Shown here one piece after another: positions 43,128 to 53,148 of a DNA stretch of 64,000 bases. Every line of letters starts with the position of its first letter. Position 1 is the first letter of the stretch. Source of the stretch: an uncultured Chloroflexia bacterium (GTDB taxonomy: Bacteria; Chloroflexota; UBA6077; JACCZL01). A model generated the notes under the pieces. It was not told the DNA's origin. It was given only the letters and a program-made list of their open reading frames with translations, and made no database searches. The stretch spans positions 96,001 through 160,000 of the forward strand of contig CAVXYC010000027.1 of assembly GCA_963765765.1 (NCBI GenBank). The letters run 5' to 3'. Both the position numbers and the translations under genes were made by a program.

Positions 43128-43889
43128 CTAGCGAACGCCCGTCCGGACGGTTCCCAGCTTCTTCACTCTGGCCACGACCGATTCATGTGCACGCCGCTCG
43201 AGCGTGTCGTCAAGGGGGTCGAGCTCGGTCAGGGTTGGTTCGCGTCGTTTGAGGGCTTGAAGGATGAGGTGGTCGGCAAACCATGGATTTTTGGGCAAGA
43301 GCGATCCATGCAGGTAACACCCGTAAAGCTGGCGATACACGGCCCCTTCTGTGTGGTCAATGCCGTTGTTCCCATTGCCCTGCACAACTCGCGCCAGTGG
43401 CTGGCACCCCTCGCCCAGAAATGTTTGTCCGCTATGGTTTTCGAATCCCACGAGGGTTCGCCGGTCCTCGCCGACCATCGCTTCCACGACAACATTGCCA
43501 ATGGATCTGCGCGTACCGGCCACCGTCCAGGCATCAAGGATGCCGAGCCCTGGGATCTCTTCTCCCTCGAGTGTGCGAAAGTACTTCCCAAGAAGCTGAT
43601 AGCCGCCACAAACGGCGAGCACCACCACGTTGGACTCCACCGCGGCCCGCAGACCATCGCCCTTGATCGAGAGAAGATCGTTGCCGACGACCGACTGCTC
43701 GCGATCGGCCCCACCACCGAAGAACAAAAGGTCGTACGCTGCCGCTTCCACAGAATCGCCGTCCTTGATTGGCGTGACGGAAACGTTGATTCCTCGCCAT
43801 TCGCAACGACGGACGAGTGTGATGATGTTTCCCCGGTCACCATAGAGTCCCATGGTGTCGGGGTAGAGATGACCAATAGAGAGGTGCAT
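43128..43889 (-). CDS. gatD: lipid II isoglutaminyl synthase glutaminase subunit
   Basis: LYGDRGNI, GGGADREQ, AVCGGYQLLG, GFENHSG, YLHGSLLPKNP. Confidence 0.9.
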   Translation of the reverse strand: MHLSIGHLYPDTMGLYGDRGNIITLVRRCEWRGINVSVTPIKDGDSVEAAAYDLLFFGGGADREQSVVGNDLLSIKGDGLRAAVESNVVVLAVCGGYQLLGKYFRTLEGEEIPGLGILDAWTVAGTRRSIGNVVVEAMVGEDRRTLVGFENHSGQTFLGEGCQPLARVVQGNGNNGIDHTEGAVYRQLYGCYLHGSLLPKNPWFADHLILQALKRREPTLTELDPLDDTLERRAHESVVARVKKLGTVRTGVR

Positions 43890-45277
43890 CAGTCTTCCCA
43901 GAATCCGCGGACGTACCCGGTTTTACGCAGGAGCTTCCGTGTTTCTAGCATTGCCGTGTAGGTGGGCAGCATGTAGACCGTCTCGCCCGGCTCAGTCTTC
44001 GCGAGAGCGAGCTCCAACGCTCGAGTCAGGTCAGGCTCCACCTCGATCCGATGTCGCTCGACATTGGCGTACTTAAGGCGCACCGCCATATCGTCCGCAC
44101 GAAGCCCCGTACAAACAATTGAGATGGGCCGTTCCGCGAGCACCTCAAAGTCCACGTCCCAGAGCCAGGAAATGTCCGTGCCATCAGCAAAGAGGTCGTT
44201 GATTGCCAGAACGAGCTGGAACGTACCATCAACCGGAAGAACCGATCGAAGCACCTCATTAAACCCCACGGGATTCTTCACCAGGGCCAGCAGCAGCTCG
44301 CGCTGCTCGATCAGTACCCGCTCCAGTCTGCCGAACGCGGCCTCGAACCGCTCCACCCCCTGCTGAATGACTCGGGACGGAATATCCAGGGCTGTAGCGC
44401 AGGCTGTAGCGGCCAACGCATTGAAGATGTTGTACAGACCAGGCAGCTTCACATCGAGATCAAACGTCTGCGCCAGTGTCTGTACTGTGACGCGCGATCC
44501 GCGATCGCCGTGAGTCTCCACCTTCGTGATTCGGATATCCGGATCCGGCCTTCTCCAGCCACAGGATGTGCAGCGGTAGTGCCCAAGGTGCCCGTAAAAA
44601 TTGGAGAGATACTCGTACGGGGCTCCGCAAAAGGCGCACAAGCGCGCATCCAGCGCATGCGGCGTCTCCCCAGTGCCCACGTCAGAACTTTCCACACCAA
44701 AATAGATGACATTCTCTCGACCGCGCCCTAACGATGCGACTATTGGGTCATCGGCATTGAGAATGAGCGTGGTAGACGGCGGGAGCGTCTCGATCATCTT
44801 CCGCCAGAGTGACGCGACAAACTCCACTTCACCGTAACGGTCAAGCTGATCTCGAAAGAGATTGGTGAGAACTATGAGTCGAGGAACCACCTCAGCCACA
44901 GCCCCAGGAACGGTGGCTTCATCCACCTCAAACACGCCGATCCCAGCGCGCGGACGTCCGAGAGGACCGGCGTTCTCCACCACGGCCGTTGTCAGACCCG
45001 TGATGAGGTTTGCACCGGCTCGATTGTGTAGGGGGCGCAGCCCACTCAACGTGAGCATACTCGCGAGAAGCCGCGAGGTGGTCGTCTTTCCATTTGTGCC
45101 TGAAACTACCAGGCACCCCGAGGGAAGGCTAGCAGCAATCGTCTGCAGCGCTCTGGGGTCCAGACGCTGCGCAACGTGCCCCGCGATGACCGTGCCACCA
45201 CCGAGACCGAATCGACGACTCAAGGCCGCGGCGGCCTGTCCGGCGGCTACAGCCGCCGAGAGGCGGACACTCACCAA
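43889..45277 (-). CDS. murT: lipid II isoglutaminyl synthase ligase subunit
   Basis: GTNGKTTT, EVDEA, NLFRDQLDRYGE, Cys4 zinc finger, KNPVG, DISWLWDVDFE, TYTAML. Confidence 0.9.
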   Translation of the reverse strand: MVSVRLSAAVAAGQAAAALSRRFGLGGGTVIAGHVAQRLDPRALQTIAASLPSGCLVVSGTNGKTTTSRLLASMLTLSGLRPLHNRAGANLITGLTTAVVENAGPLGRPRAGIGVFEVDEATVPGAVAEVVPRLIVLTNLFRDQLDRYGEVEFVASLWRKMIETLPPSTTLILNADDPIVASLGRGRENVIYFGVESSDVGTGETPHALDARLCAFCGAPYEYLSNFYGHLGHYRCTSCGWRRPDPDIRITKVETHGDRGSRVTVQTLAQTFDLDVKLPGLYNIFNALAATACATALDIPSRVIQQGVERFEAAFGRLERVLIEQRELLLALVKNPVGFNEVLRSVLPVDGTFQLVLAINDLFADGTDISWLWDVDFEVLAERPISIVCTGLRADDMAVRLKYANVERHRIEVEPDLTRALELALAKTEPGETVYMLPTYTAMLETRKLLRKTGYVRGFWED

Positions 45278-45367
45278 TGGTGCTCCTCAGAGCGGTACCC
45301 GGCGTTGGTGCGATCCACGATACCTCGCTGATGATCACGCCTGTGCGCCGCCCTCTTTCGACGAAGG

Positions 45368-46171
45368 TCAGCTCTTGAGTTCGATGCGCTCGATGCGGTA
45401 CCGAACTACGCCGGCCGGCACCTCTACCTCTACGGTATCTCCTACGCCTCGGCGATCCAGGGCGCGGCCCACAGGCGACTGAATGGAGATCTTCCCTTTA
45501 CGGGCATCAATCTCTCCCGGACCGACCAGGGTGTACGTAATCTCCTCGTCCTCCTCGAGATCAGCGACCACAACAGTTGAGCCGATACTCACACGAGTGG
45601 AATTGGTGACTTCTACAACCTGGCCCGCCGCAATTGTCGACTTGATTTCACTCATCTTGCGGTGGATTTCGGCGAGGTGCTGTTTGGCCGCGTCATACGG
45701 CGCGTTCTCGCGGAAGTCCTTGTCCGCGGCGGCAAGCCGCAGCTCTTGCTCGGCTGCCGGCCGCTCTACGTTGTCAAGTCGATCCAGCTGTGTTTGGAGC
45801 TGCTCCAGACCTGCGGGCGTAAGCTGAATCGTTGGCTCGTCGGGCCGGTCGGAGTCGTTCTTGGTAGCGCTGTTGGTGCGCCGCTTGATGCGTAGCGCCG
45901 TGGCAACCGCCTCATCGAGCAGCTTGCGCTTGCGCGCAAATGTGAAGAAGTCCTTGAGTGGCTCGAGGCGTGTGCTGTTTCCAGAACCGTTATCTTCCTG
46001 CTGCGCCTGGTATCGTTCGAGATCAAGACGGGTCACCGTGCGGACCGGTCGATCAGACCCGAACCAACGTCCAAAGCGCTGAAGCTCACGAGCAACAGCG
46101 GGACGATGCTCCGACGCGACGACTGTCACATACTCGGACATCGCCTCGGATAGTGTTACGTCAACAGCCAT
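45368..46171 (-). CDS. greA: transcription elongation factor GreA with an extra ~110-aa N-terminal domain
   Basis: DFRENAPYDAAK, ISIQSPVGRAL in the C-terminal ~155 aa. Confidence 0.88.
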   Translation of the reverse strand: MAVDVTLSEAMSEYVTVVASEHRPAVARELQRFGRWFGSDRPVRTVTRLDLERYQAQQEDNGSGNSTRLEPLKDFFTFARKRKLLDEAVATALRIKRRTNSATKNDSDRPDEPTIQLTPAGLEQLQTQLDRLDNVERPAAEQELRLAAADKDFRENAPYDAAKQHLAEIHRKMSEIKSTIAAGQVVEVTNSTRVSIGSTVVVADLEEDEEITYTLVGPGEIDARKGKISIQSPVGRALDRRGVGDTVEVEVPAGVVRYRIERIELKS

Positions 46172-46191
46172 AGTTCACCAGTGAGCAGAAT

Positions 46192-46968
46192 ATGTCCAGG
46201 GACAAGAACCATTATAAGGATCGCCCCGATGAGCCCTCAAGCATCCCAACCAAATCGTGGGTGGAGGGCGCGGAGACGATCGGCATCCCGCTAGAGAATC
46301 ACACACTCGAAAAGTTCGGTCGCTACCAGAACGAGCTCATCGAGTGGAACGAGCGAGTGAATCTCACGTCCATCACTTCGCCAGGCGAGATACAGCGTCG
46401 ACACTTCCTCGATTCGCTGAGCTGCATCGCCGGGGCGCGAGACCTTCTCTCCCTGCCGGGCTGCAACGTCGTCGATATCGGCAGCGGCGCCGGTTTTCCG
46501 GGCCTTCCTCTCGCCCTGGTGATGACCCATTTGCGTGTCACGCTCGTGGAGACCCGCGGCAAACGAGCGATGTTTCTCCGGCATCTCCTGGATGTGCTGG
46601 AGATTGAAAACGTCAGCGTCATCAGCGAACGAGCTGAGATACTCGGGCATGACATTGCACATCGGGAGCGCTACGACGTGACGGTGGCGAGAGCACTTGG
46701 TCCACTGCCGCTCATCGCGGAGCTGTGCATGCCGCTGGCTCGCATTGGCGGACGCTGCATCGCGCCGCGACGAGAAGACTTCAAAAGTGAAAGCGTGTTA
46801 GCTCAACCAGCCTTCGACCTGGTGGGCGGGTCCGCGCTCCAGTGGATTCCTGTAAACCTTCCCGAACTCGACGATGGACGAGGGCTCGTAATTGCGGAAA
46901 AAGTATCACCAACACCAGATAGATTTCCAAGACGACCAGGCATGCCGGCGAAGCGCCCACTCACGTAA
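46192..46968 (+). CDS. rsmG: 16S rRNA m7G527 methyltransferase
   Basis: WNERVNLTSI, HFLDSL, DIGSGAGFPGLPL, FPRRPGMPAKRPL. Confidence 0.92.
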   Translation: MSRDKNHYKDRPDEPSSIPTKSWVEGAETIGIPLENHTLEKFGRYQNELIEWNERVNLTSITSPGEIQRRHFLDSLSCIAGARDLLSLPGCNVVDIGSGAGFPGLPLALVMTHLRVTLVETRGKRAMFLRHLLDVLEIENVSVISERAEILGHDIAHRERYDVTVARALGPLPLIAELCMPLARIGGRCIAPRREDFKSESVLAQPAFDLVGGSALQWIPVNLPELDDGRGLVIAEKVSPTPDRFPRRPGMPAKRPLT

Positions 46969-46986
46969 TTGCCCATCTTGAGACTT

Positions 46987-47193
46987 CTAGTCTTCGAAAC
47001 GCCAGAGCATCGAGAAGATCACGCCAAGTGTGAAGCCCACAACTAGTCCCGCGGCTGTTGCCAGCGCGACTTCCGATCCAAACTCGAGCCAGAGGAATAC
47101 ACTCAACCCCGCGGCCGTGAGCAATCCGACGATTACTACCGCCAGGCGCCGTCGAATTTGATAGTGCGCTTCAGTGTTGGCGTCTTGACTCAT
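46987..47193 (-). CDS. small two-TM membrane protein
   Basis: Two hydrophobic segments. Confidence 0.55.
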   Translation of the reverse strand: MSQDANTEAHYQIRRRLAVVIVGLLTAAGLSVFLWLEFGSEVALATAAGLVVGFTLGVIFSMLWRFED

Positions 47194-47344
47194 TAGCGCC
47201 CAAAACATCGAGCAATGATGAAGATACTGCCGCATTGTGCCAAACCTGACAGTCTCGACGTCACACCCGGCTGATTCTTCCTGATGCTTGGCGCGGAGAA
47301 GGTGCTTCTCGACTCGAATATCTAAGACTCAAAGATTGAATTCC

Positions 47345-47373
47345 TTGTCAAGTGCAAATACCTGGTGTATATT
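47345..47373 (+). promoter_or_regulatory. sigma-70-type promoter
   Basis: TTGTCA-N17-TATATT upstream of the zinc-ribbon gene. Confidence 0.55.
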
Positions 47374-47505
47374 GGCCGCGGCCTGGCGAGATCGATTACC
47401 CGAGGCGCCGTTTTGGCTCGGCGCAGTACCACCGGCACAACCCGTAACGCCGCGGATCATCGCACTACCAAGCCCGACTAGACGTGGAAAGGAGGTGAGG
47501 GAGAC

Positions 47506-47817
47506 GTGACGTTTACTGACAAAGTGTTGGTGTGTCGAGAGTGCGGTGCCAGCTTTATCTTCACTTCGGGGGAGCAGGAGTTCTTCGCCATGAAGGGCCT
47601 GCAAAATGAGCCTGGCCGCTGTACTGATTGTCGCTCGGTCCGGCGACAACAACGCGACACCGGTGGCGCCATGGGCGATTATCGCCCACGACGTGAGATG
47701 CACGACGCCGTCTGCGCGCAGTGCGGACAAACCACGCAGGTGCCTTTCCTCCCGCGTGGCGACCGACCAGTCTATTGCAGCTCCTGTTTTGAACAGGTCC
47801 GCTCTGTCAGGCGCTGA
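47506..47817 (+). CDS. zinc-ribbon / CxxC-x17-CxxC domain protein
   Basis: DKVLVCRECG...FTSGEQEFF...PGRCTDC; CAQCG...VPFLPRGDRPVYCSSCF; AAGGAGGT upstream. Confidence 0.9.
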   Translation: MTFTDKVLVCRECGASFIFTSGEQEFFAMKGLQNEPGRCTDCRSVRRQQRDTGGAMGDYRPRREMHDAVCAQCGQTTQVPFLPRGDRPVYCSSCFEQVRSVRR

Positions 47818-47843
47818 CAGCACAATTCATTAGTCGCACAGAG

Positions 47844-47881
47844 AAAACGGCCCCTGAAGCAGACGCTTCAGGGGCCGTTTT
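47844..47881. terminator. bidirectional intrinsic terminator
   Basis: AAAACGGCCCCTGAAGC-agac-GCTTCAGGGGCCGTTTT between convergent genes. Confidence 0.88.
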
Positions 47882-47901
47882 ACGTGATGCGTTGGACGAA
47901 T

Positions 47902-49326
47902 CTAAGGGATGATCGATGAGGCCGCCTGGACAGCGAGTGGAATGAACACCCCCGACAAAATCCCCACAATGAGAACACCCGCGGTGGCCGTGAGCAGAGT
48001 GAGGGCAGGTCCAACATCCACGATGACCGGCTTGTCCACAGTCGGCTCCACCAGATACATCTGGCGGACGACACGCGTGTAGTAGTAGAGCGAGATGGCG
48101 GAATTCACGACGCCCAACAAGACCAGCCAGTACATGCCGCTCTGCGCCACTGTCCAGAACAGATACAGTTTGGAGAAGAACCCAACCAGCGGTGGCAGGC
48201 CCGCCAGCGACAGCAACGCCAGCGACATCGCTAGCGCGAGCAGCGGCGCCCGTCGACCAAGACCCGAAAAGTACTCGAGATCCTCGTCCGGGATGTATCG
48301 CGAAAGCATGATGATGACGGTGAATGCCGCAATGTTCGTCAGCATGTAGGACAACAAATAGAAAAGAACAGCCGAATAGCTCTCCTGCGTCGCGACGGCT
48401 GGCCCCATCAACATGTAACCCACGTGGGCAATGCTGGAATAGGCCAGCAAGCGCTTCACATTACTCTGGACGAGCGCGGCAAGATTCCCGATGGTCATGG
48501 TCAATGCCGCCAGCACGGCCATGAGCGCGGTCCAGTCGCCCTGGATAGATGGAAGTGCGACCGCGAGAATCCTCAACAAAACAGAAAAACCGGCGGCCTT
48601 TGATGCAACCGAGAGGAACGCGGTAACTGGCGTTGGCGCCCCCTCGTAAACGTCAGGGGTCCACATCTGAAATGGCACGGCCGAGATCTTGAACCCGAAG
48701 CCAGCGACGATCATCGACAACGCCAGCAGCGCCGCGGCGCTGGTATCACTAGTAAGCGCACCACGAATGCCCGATAGCGTTGTGACGCCGGTCGCGCCGT
48801 AGAGTAGCGCCATTCCGAACAGCAGAATGGCCGTCGACATGGCGCTGAGGACGAAGAACTTCAGACCCGCCTCACTGGAGCGCAGATCACGCTTCGCCCA
48901 GCTTGCCATGAACGCCAATGAAAGACTGGTAAGCTCGAGCGACACAAAGATGGAGATAAGCTCCGTGGAGCTCGCCATCAGCATGAATCCGGTTGTACAG
49001 AAAAGGATCGCCGAATAGAACTCGGCTTCGTACTGTTCCACCAGATCGGTAAATGTCTCCGAGGCCAGCAGGACGAGGCCGGCAGCCAGCAGGAACAAGA
49101 ACTTGAAGAAGATCGAGTAGTTGTCAACCGTGTAGGCGCCAAAGAATGACGTCTCACTGCGTCCAATGAGCGCTCCTGTCGCGCCCATGGCACCAACCAC
49201 GCCCACCAGAGCAAGGTAGAGCAGTGGCCGGCGCGATGCTCCAGCCGGTAGGAACACGCCCACCAGCAGGACCACACAGGCCCACACTGTCAGGACAAGC
49301 TCAGGAGCTAGAAGAGAGAGATTCAA
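47902..49326 (-). CDS. nuoN: NADH-quinone oxidoreductase subunit N
   Basis: EAGLKFF, FKISAVPFQMWTPDVYEGAP, KRLLAYSSIAH. Confidence 0.93.
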   Translation of the reverse strand: MNLSLLAPELVLTVWACVVLLVGVFLPAGASRRPLLYLALVGVVGAMGATGALIGRSETSFFGAYTVDNYSIFFKFLFLLAAGLVLLASETFTDLVEQYEAEFYSAILFCTTGFMLMASSTELISIFVSLELTSLSLAFMASWAKRDLRSSEAGLKFFVLSAMSTAILLFGMALLYGATGVTTLSGIRGALTSDTSAAALLALSMIVAGFGFKISAVPFQMWTPDVYEGAPTPVTAFLSVASKAAGFSVLLRILAVALPSIQGDWTALMAVLAALTMTIGNLAALVQSNVKRLLAYSSIAHVGYMLMGPAVATQESYSAVLFYLLSYMLTNIAAFTVIIMLSRYIPDEDLEYFSGLGRRAPLLALAMSLALLSLAGLPPLVGFFSKLYLFWTVAQSGMYWLVLLGVVNSAISLYYYTRVVRQMYLVEPTVDKPVIVDVGPALTLLTATAGVLIVGILSGVFIPLAVQAASSIIP

Positions 49327-49344
49327 GTCGTCCTCCGTCCGAAC

Positions 49345-50823
49345 CTATCCGAACAACCGCGCGATAGGAGTTACTCCGCCGGCGATCATCTCGGCAATGA
49401 CGTTGGGGAACACACCCACCAGGATGATGACCGCAACCAGCGTGCCGACGGCAAACCCTTCACGGGCGGACATGTCAGTGAGATGTGAGTCGCGCCATTC
49501 TTGACCAAGCGGACCCATGAAGACTCGCTCCAGCATCCACAAGAGATATCCGGCGGTGATGACGATGGCGAACGCTCCGATGACCGTGTACCACTGCCAG
49601 ACGGGGAACGAGCCAATGAACACCAGGAACTCACCGACGAAGCCGCTCATTCCTGGCAAGCCAAGCGAAGCAAGCGCGGCCACAACAAAGAGCGCGCCGG
49701 CCACAGGCATGCGCTGGGCTAATCCAGCCATTCGAGGAATTTCGCGCGTGTGCGTACGGTCGTAGACGACACCCACCATCATGAACAAGAGCCCTGTGAT
49801 CGTTCCGTGTGTAACCATCTGGAACACCGCGCCCTGGAAACCAGTTTGCGTCAGCGCAGACAGACCCAGGATGACGTATCCCATGTGGCTGATGCTGGAG
49901 TTCGCGATCATCTTCTTGAGGTCGGTCTGAGCCAGCGCCACCATGGCCCCATAGATGATATTGACCACCGCAAGTACGGCCAGGAGCCAGGAAAGCTGCT
50001 GAGCGGCCTCAGGGAGCACACTCACGCACAATCGCAGTAGACCGTAGCCGCCCATTTTCAGTAGCACACCTGCGAGTAGCACACTCCCTGGGGTGGGCGC
50101 CTCAACGTGAGCATCCGGAAGCCAGGTATGGAACGGAAAGATCGGCACCTTTACCGCGAAACCGATCGCCAGAAGCAGGAACAATCCAACCTGGACGCTC
50201 GGCGCAAGTGAGCGAGCCGCGGTAGAAAGCTCGACCATGTCGAAGCTACGTCCGCCTGTGAAGAAGAACAGCGCCAGAATGCCCAGCAGCATGAAGGCAC
50301 TGCCGACCACCGTGTACACGATGAATTTCATAGCCGCATACTCGCGGCGAGGTCCGCCCCAGATGCCGATGAGCAGGTACATCGGAATCAGTTCCAGCTC
50401 CCAGAAGAGGAAGAACAGGAAGAAATCAAGCGACGTGAATACGCCCGAGACTGCTGTCTGAAGGATCAACAGGATAGAGAAATAGAGCTGCGGACGATGA
50501 GTCTGATTCCACGAGATGACAACGGCCAGGAATCCCAGCAACGTGTTGAGGACGAGCAGCGGAAGGCTGATCCCATCCACTCCTAGCTTGTAGTAGGACC
50601 TAATCGGCGGAAGCCACATGAATCCGCCGTCGAATTGAAACCCAGCAATCGCGCTGTTAAAGGCCGCGAAGAGCCAGATAGACAATCCAAGTGTCGCGAT
50701 CGTAATGATCGCGGCTATCCGTCGCGGTGCACCTGTACCGCCGCCACCAATGATCCCGATGAGGATCGCCCCGAGCATCGGGAGCCAGACAACGAGCTGA
50801 AGGACGAGGGTCTCAAGCGACAT
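49345..50823 (-). CDS. nuoM: NADH-quinone oxidoreductase subunit M
   Basis: FWELELIPMY, HTWLPDAHVEAPT, LLKMGGYG. Confidence 0.93.
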   Translation of the reverse strand: MSLETLVLQLVVWLPMLGAILIGIIGGGGTGAPRRIAAIITIATLGLSIWLFAAFNSAIAGFQFDGGFMWLPPIRSYYKLGVDGISLPLLVLNTLLGFLAVVISWNQTHRPQLYFSILLILQTAVSGVFTSLDFFLFFLFWELELIPMYLLIGIWGGPRREYAAMKFIVYTVVGSAFMLLGILALFFFTGGRSFDMVELSTAARSLAPSVQVGLFLLLAIGFAVKVPIFPFHTWLPDAHVEAPTPGSVLLAGVLLKMGGYGLLRLCVSVLPEAAQQLSWLLAVLAVVNIIYGAMVALAQTDLKKMIANSSISHMGYVILGLSALTQTGFQGAVFQMVTHGTITGLLFMMVGVVYDRTHTREIPRMAGLAQRMPVAGALFVVAALASLGLPGMSGFVGEFLVFIGSFPVWQWYTVIGAFAIVITAGYLLWMLERVFMGPLGQEWRDSHLTDMSAREGFAVGTLVAVIILVGVFPNVIAEMIAGGVTPIARLFG

Positions 50824-50873
50824 GACGGCTCCAGCTCACGATGACACCTACAGGAGAAGTATTCGCGGTGGCG

Positions 50874-52817
50874 TTAACGGACACGAACCACCACCATAAA
50901 GAACGCGATGATGACGAGTCCGCCAAAAACTGCCAGGGCATACGACTGCACGCGACCCGTCTGCGCCAGGCGCAAAGCGCCGCCAGCGTTCACCGTAACT
51001 CGCGCGATGCCATTGACCGCGCCATCGATAACACGCCGGTCGAAGTTCGCCAGCGTCGCCGCGCCACCAATGAATATGGTGCCAATCAGCGCGTTGTAGA
51101 GTCGATCGAATCCATACTTATTAATGGCGCCCACGTATATCGGCCGGAATACCGCTGTCATTGTGGCCGGCGAAAGTGCCTTTCTGTAGTACATCGCCCA
51201 TGCGAGACCAATGCCCGCGACAGCGAGAAGTACTGAACCGCCCGCAACCATCACATTTGGCTCCACATGCTCCGGATGGCCGTGCTCTAGAAAGTTTCCG
51301 AAGCCGTTCCCAAAGAGTGGCGCGCCCCATAGACCACTCAGTACGCTGGGTACGGCAAGGATGAGCAGGGGAGCCGCCATCAAGGGGTACTTGTCCACCC
51401 ACCCGTGAGGGTGCTCGTGGCCGCGCTGCTCGCCGCTGAATGTCATGAACACCGCTCGGAACATGTAGAACGCCGTGAGGAACACGGTAATCATGGCGAA
51501 GACGAAGAGCACAACGAAGACGGGCTCCCCGTGAGTTGCCCTATCAAACGTTGCCAGCAGGACCTCATCCTTGCTCCAGAACCCACTGAGTGGCGGGATA
51601 CCCGCAAGCGAAAGTGCCGCGATCACCATCGTGATACCGGTGATACGGAGAGGCTTCCAGAGACCGCCCAGAAGGCGCATGTCTTGCGTGCCGGCGGCGT
51701 GAATAATGCTCCCCGCGGTGAGAAATAGGAGCGCTTTAAAAAACGCGTGATTAAACAGGTGGAAAATGCTGGCTGAGTATGCTCCGGCTCCCAGCGCCAG
51801 CATCATGTAGCCAAGCTGACTAATGGTGGAATAGGCCATGACCCGCTTGAGGTCAAATGACACAACACCCATCGTTGCCGCGAAGATGGCCGTGAATCCG
51901 CCGATCACGGCCACCACCATCATCGCGGTAGCCGAGTGCTCGGTGATCGGCAGCATTCTGGCCATCAGGTAGACGCCGGCCGCAACCATGGTGGCCGCGT
52001 GGATCAGTGCGGAAACGGGTGTTGGGCCCTCCATGGCATCCGGCAGCCACACGTGGAGCGGGAATTGAGCGGACTTACCGACCGCCCCAGCGAATACGAG
52101 CAGCGCAGCGATGGTTACATCGGCGCTCGTGAAAGTGCCAGTCGCCGCCGCTTGCTCGATCTCGGTGAATCCGAGGCCCCCGATTCTCCACCAGATATAG
52201 AGAATGCCAAGGAGCAAACCAAAGTCGCCGAGTCGTGTGGTGACGAACGCCTTCTTGGCCGCTTCGAAAGGGGAAGGACGCTTGTCTACTTCATTCTCTA
52301 ACTGCGGCTCAGCGGGCGGACGGTCATACCAGAATCCGATAAGGAGGAATGATCCGAGCCCAACCCCTTCCCAGAACAGATACACGGCCAGCAGGTTATT
52401 GGACAGCACCAGCCCCAACATGGCGCAGGTAAAGAGACACAAAAACGCAAAGAACCGCCCATATCCGGGATCGAGCTCCCAATGTCCATGGTGCTCGTGA
52501 CGCATGTACCCCTGCGAATATAGGTGAACCAATAAACTGACTGAGGTGACGACAACCAGCATGATTACCGCCAGTGGGTCGACTCGCATGCCGAGCACCA
52601 GCGACTCCGTGGCTCCCAGTGAGAGCCACGGGATACTGACGTCCAGCTCATTGCCCGCCATGACCTCTTGAAAGACCAACAACGAGATGACGAACGACAG
52701 AGCGACGGCCGCTGTAGCCAACGCCGCGGCCGCCTCTTTCTGCCGTCGCAGGAACAAAATGATGAACGCGAAGGCGGCAAAGGGTAGGAGCGGGATGAGC
52801 CAGGCTTGATTGATCAC
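50874..52817 (-). CDS. nuoL: NADH-quinone oxidoreductase subunit L
   Basis: GKSAQFPLHVWLPDAMEGPTPVSALIHAATMV, HAFFKALLFL. Confidence 0.95.
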   Translation of the reverse strand: MINQAWLIPLLPFAAFAFIILFLRRQKEAAAALATAAVALSFVISLLVFQEVMAGNELDVSIPWLSLGATESLVLGMRVDPLAVIMLVVVTSVSLLVHLYSQGYMRHEHHGHWELDPGYGRFFAFLCLFTCAMLGLVLSNNLLAVYLFWEGVGLGSFLLIGFWYDRPPAEPQLENEVDKRPSPFEAAKKAFVTTRLGDFGLLLGILYIWWRIGGLGFTEIEQAAATGTFTSADVTIAALLVFAGAVGKSAQFPLHVWLPDAMEGPTPVSALIHAATMVAAGVYLMARMLPITEHSATAMMVVAVIGGFTAIFAATMGVVSFDLKRVMAYSTISQLGYMMLALGAGAYSASIFHLFNHAFFKALLFLTAGSIIHAAGTQDMRLLGGLWKPLRITGITMVIAALSLAGIPPLSGFWSKDEVLLATFDRATHGEPVFVVLFVFAMITVFLTAFYMFRAVFMTFSGEQRGHEHPHGWVDKYPLMAAPLLILAVPSVLSGLWGAPLFGNGFGNFLEHGHPEHVEPNVMVAGGSVLLAVAGIGLAWAMYYRKALSPATMTAVFRPIYVGAINKYGFDRLYNALIGTIFIGGAATLANFDRRVIDGAVNGIARVTVNAGGALRLAQTGRVQSYALAVFGGLVIIAFFMVVVRVR

Positions 52818-52821
52818 GGTC

Positions 52822-53145
52822 TTATCCCTTCAACAAGTCAATCTGGTCGACCCGCACCGTACGGCGGAGTCGATAGACCGCGATCACAATAGCTAATCCA
52901 ACCGCCGCCTCAGCAGCGGCGACCGTAATGATGAAGATGGCGAAGATCTGACCAGCCATCTCCTGCGCAGGCTGGAGATATCGGGCGAAGGCCACCATGA
53001 TGATATTCACGCCGTTGAGCATGAGCTCAATTGAGAGCAGCACCCCGATGGCATTCCGCCGTGAAAGCGCGCCAAACATGCCCAGCGAAAACAGCGCCGC
53101 TCCGAGAACCAGAAAATGCTGGAGTGTGAGCGGGAAAAGTGACAT
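52822..53145 (-). CDS. nuoK: NADH-quinone oxidoreductase subunit K
   Basis: RRNAIGVLLSIELMLN, AAAEAAVGLA. Confidence 0.93.
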   Translation of the reverse strand: MSLFPLTLQHFLVLGAALFSLGMFGALSRRNAIGVLLSIELMLNGVNIIMVAFARYLQPAQEMAGQIFAIFIITVAAAEAAVGLAIVIAVYRLRRTVRVDQIDLLKG

Positions 53146-53148
53146 TGG

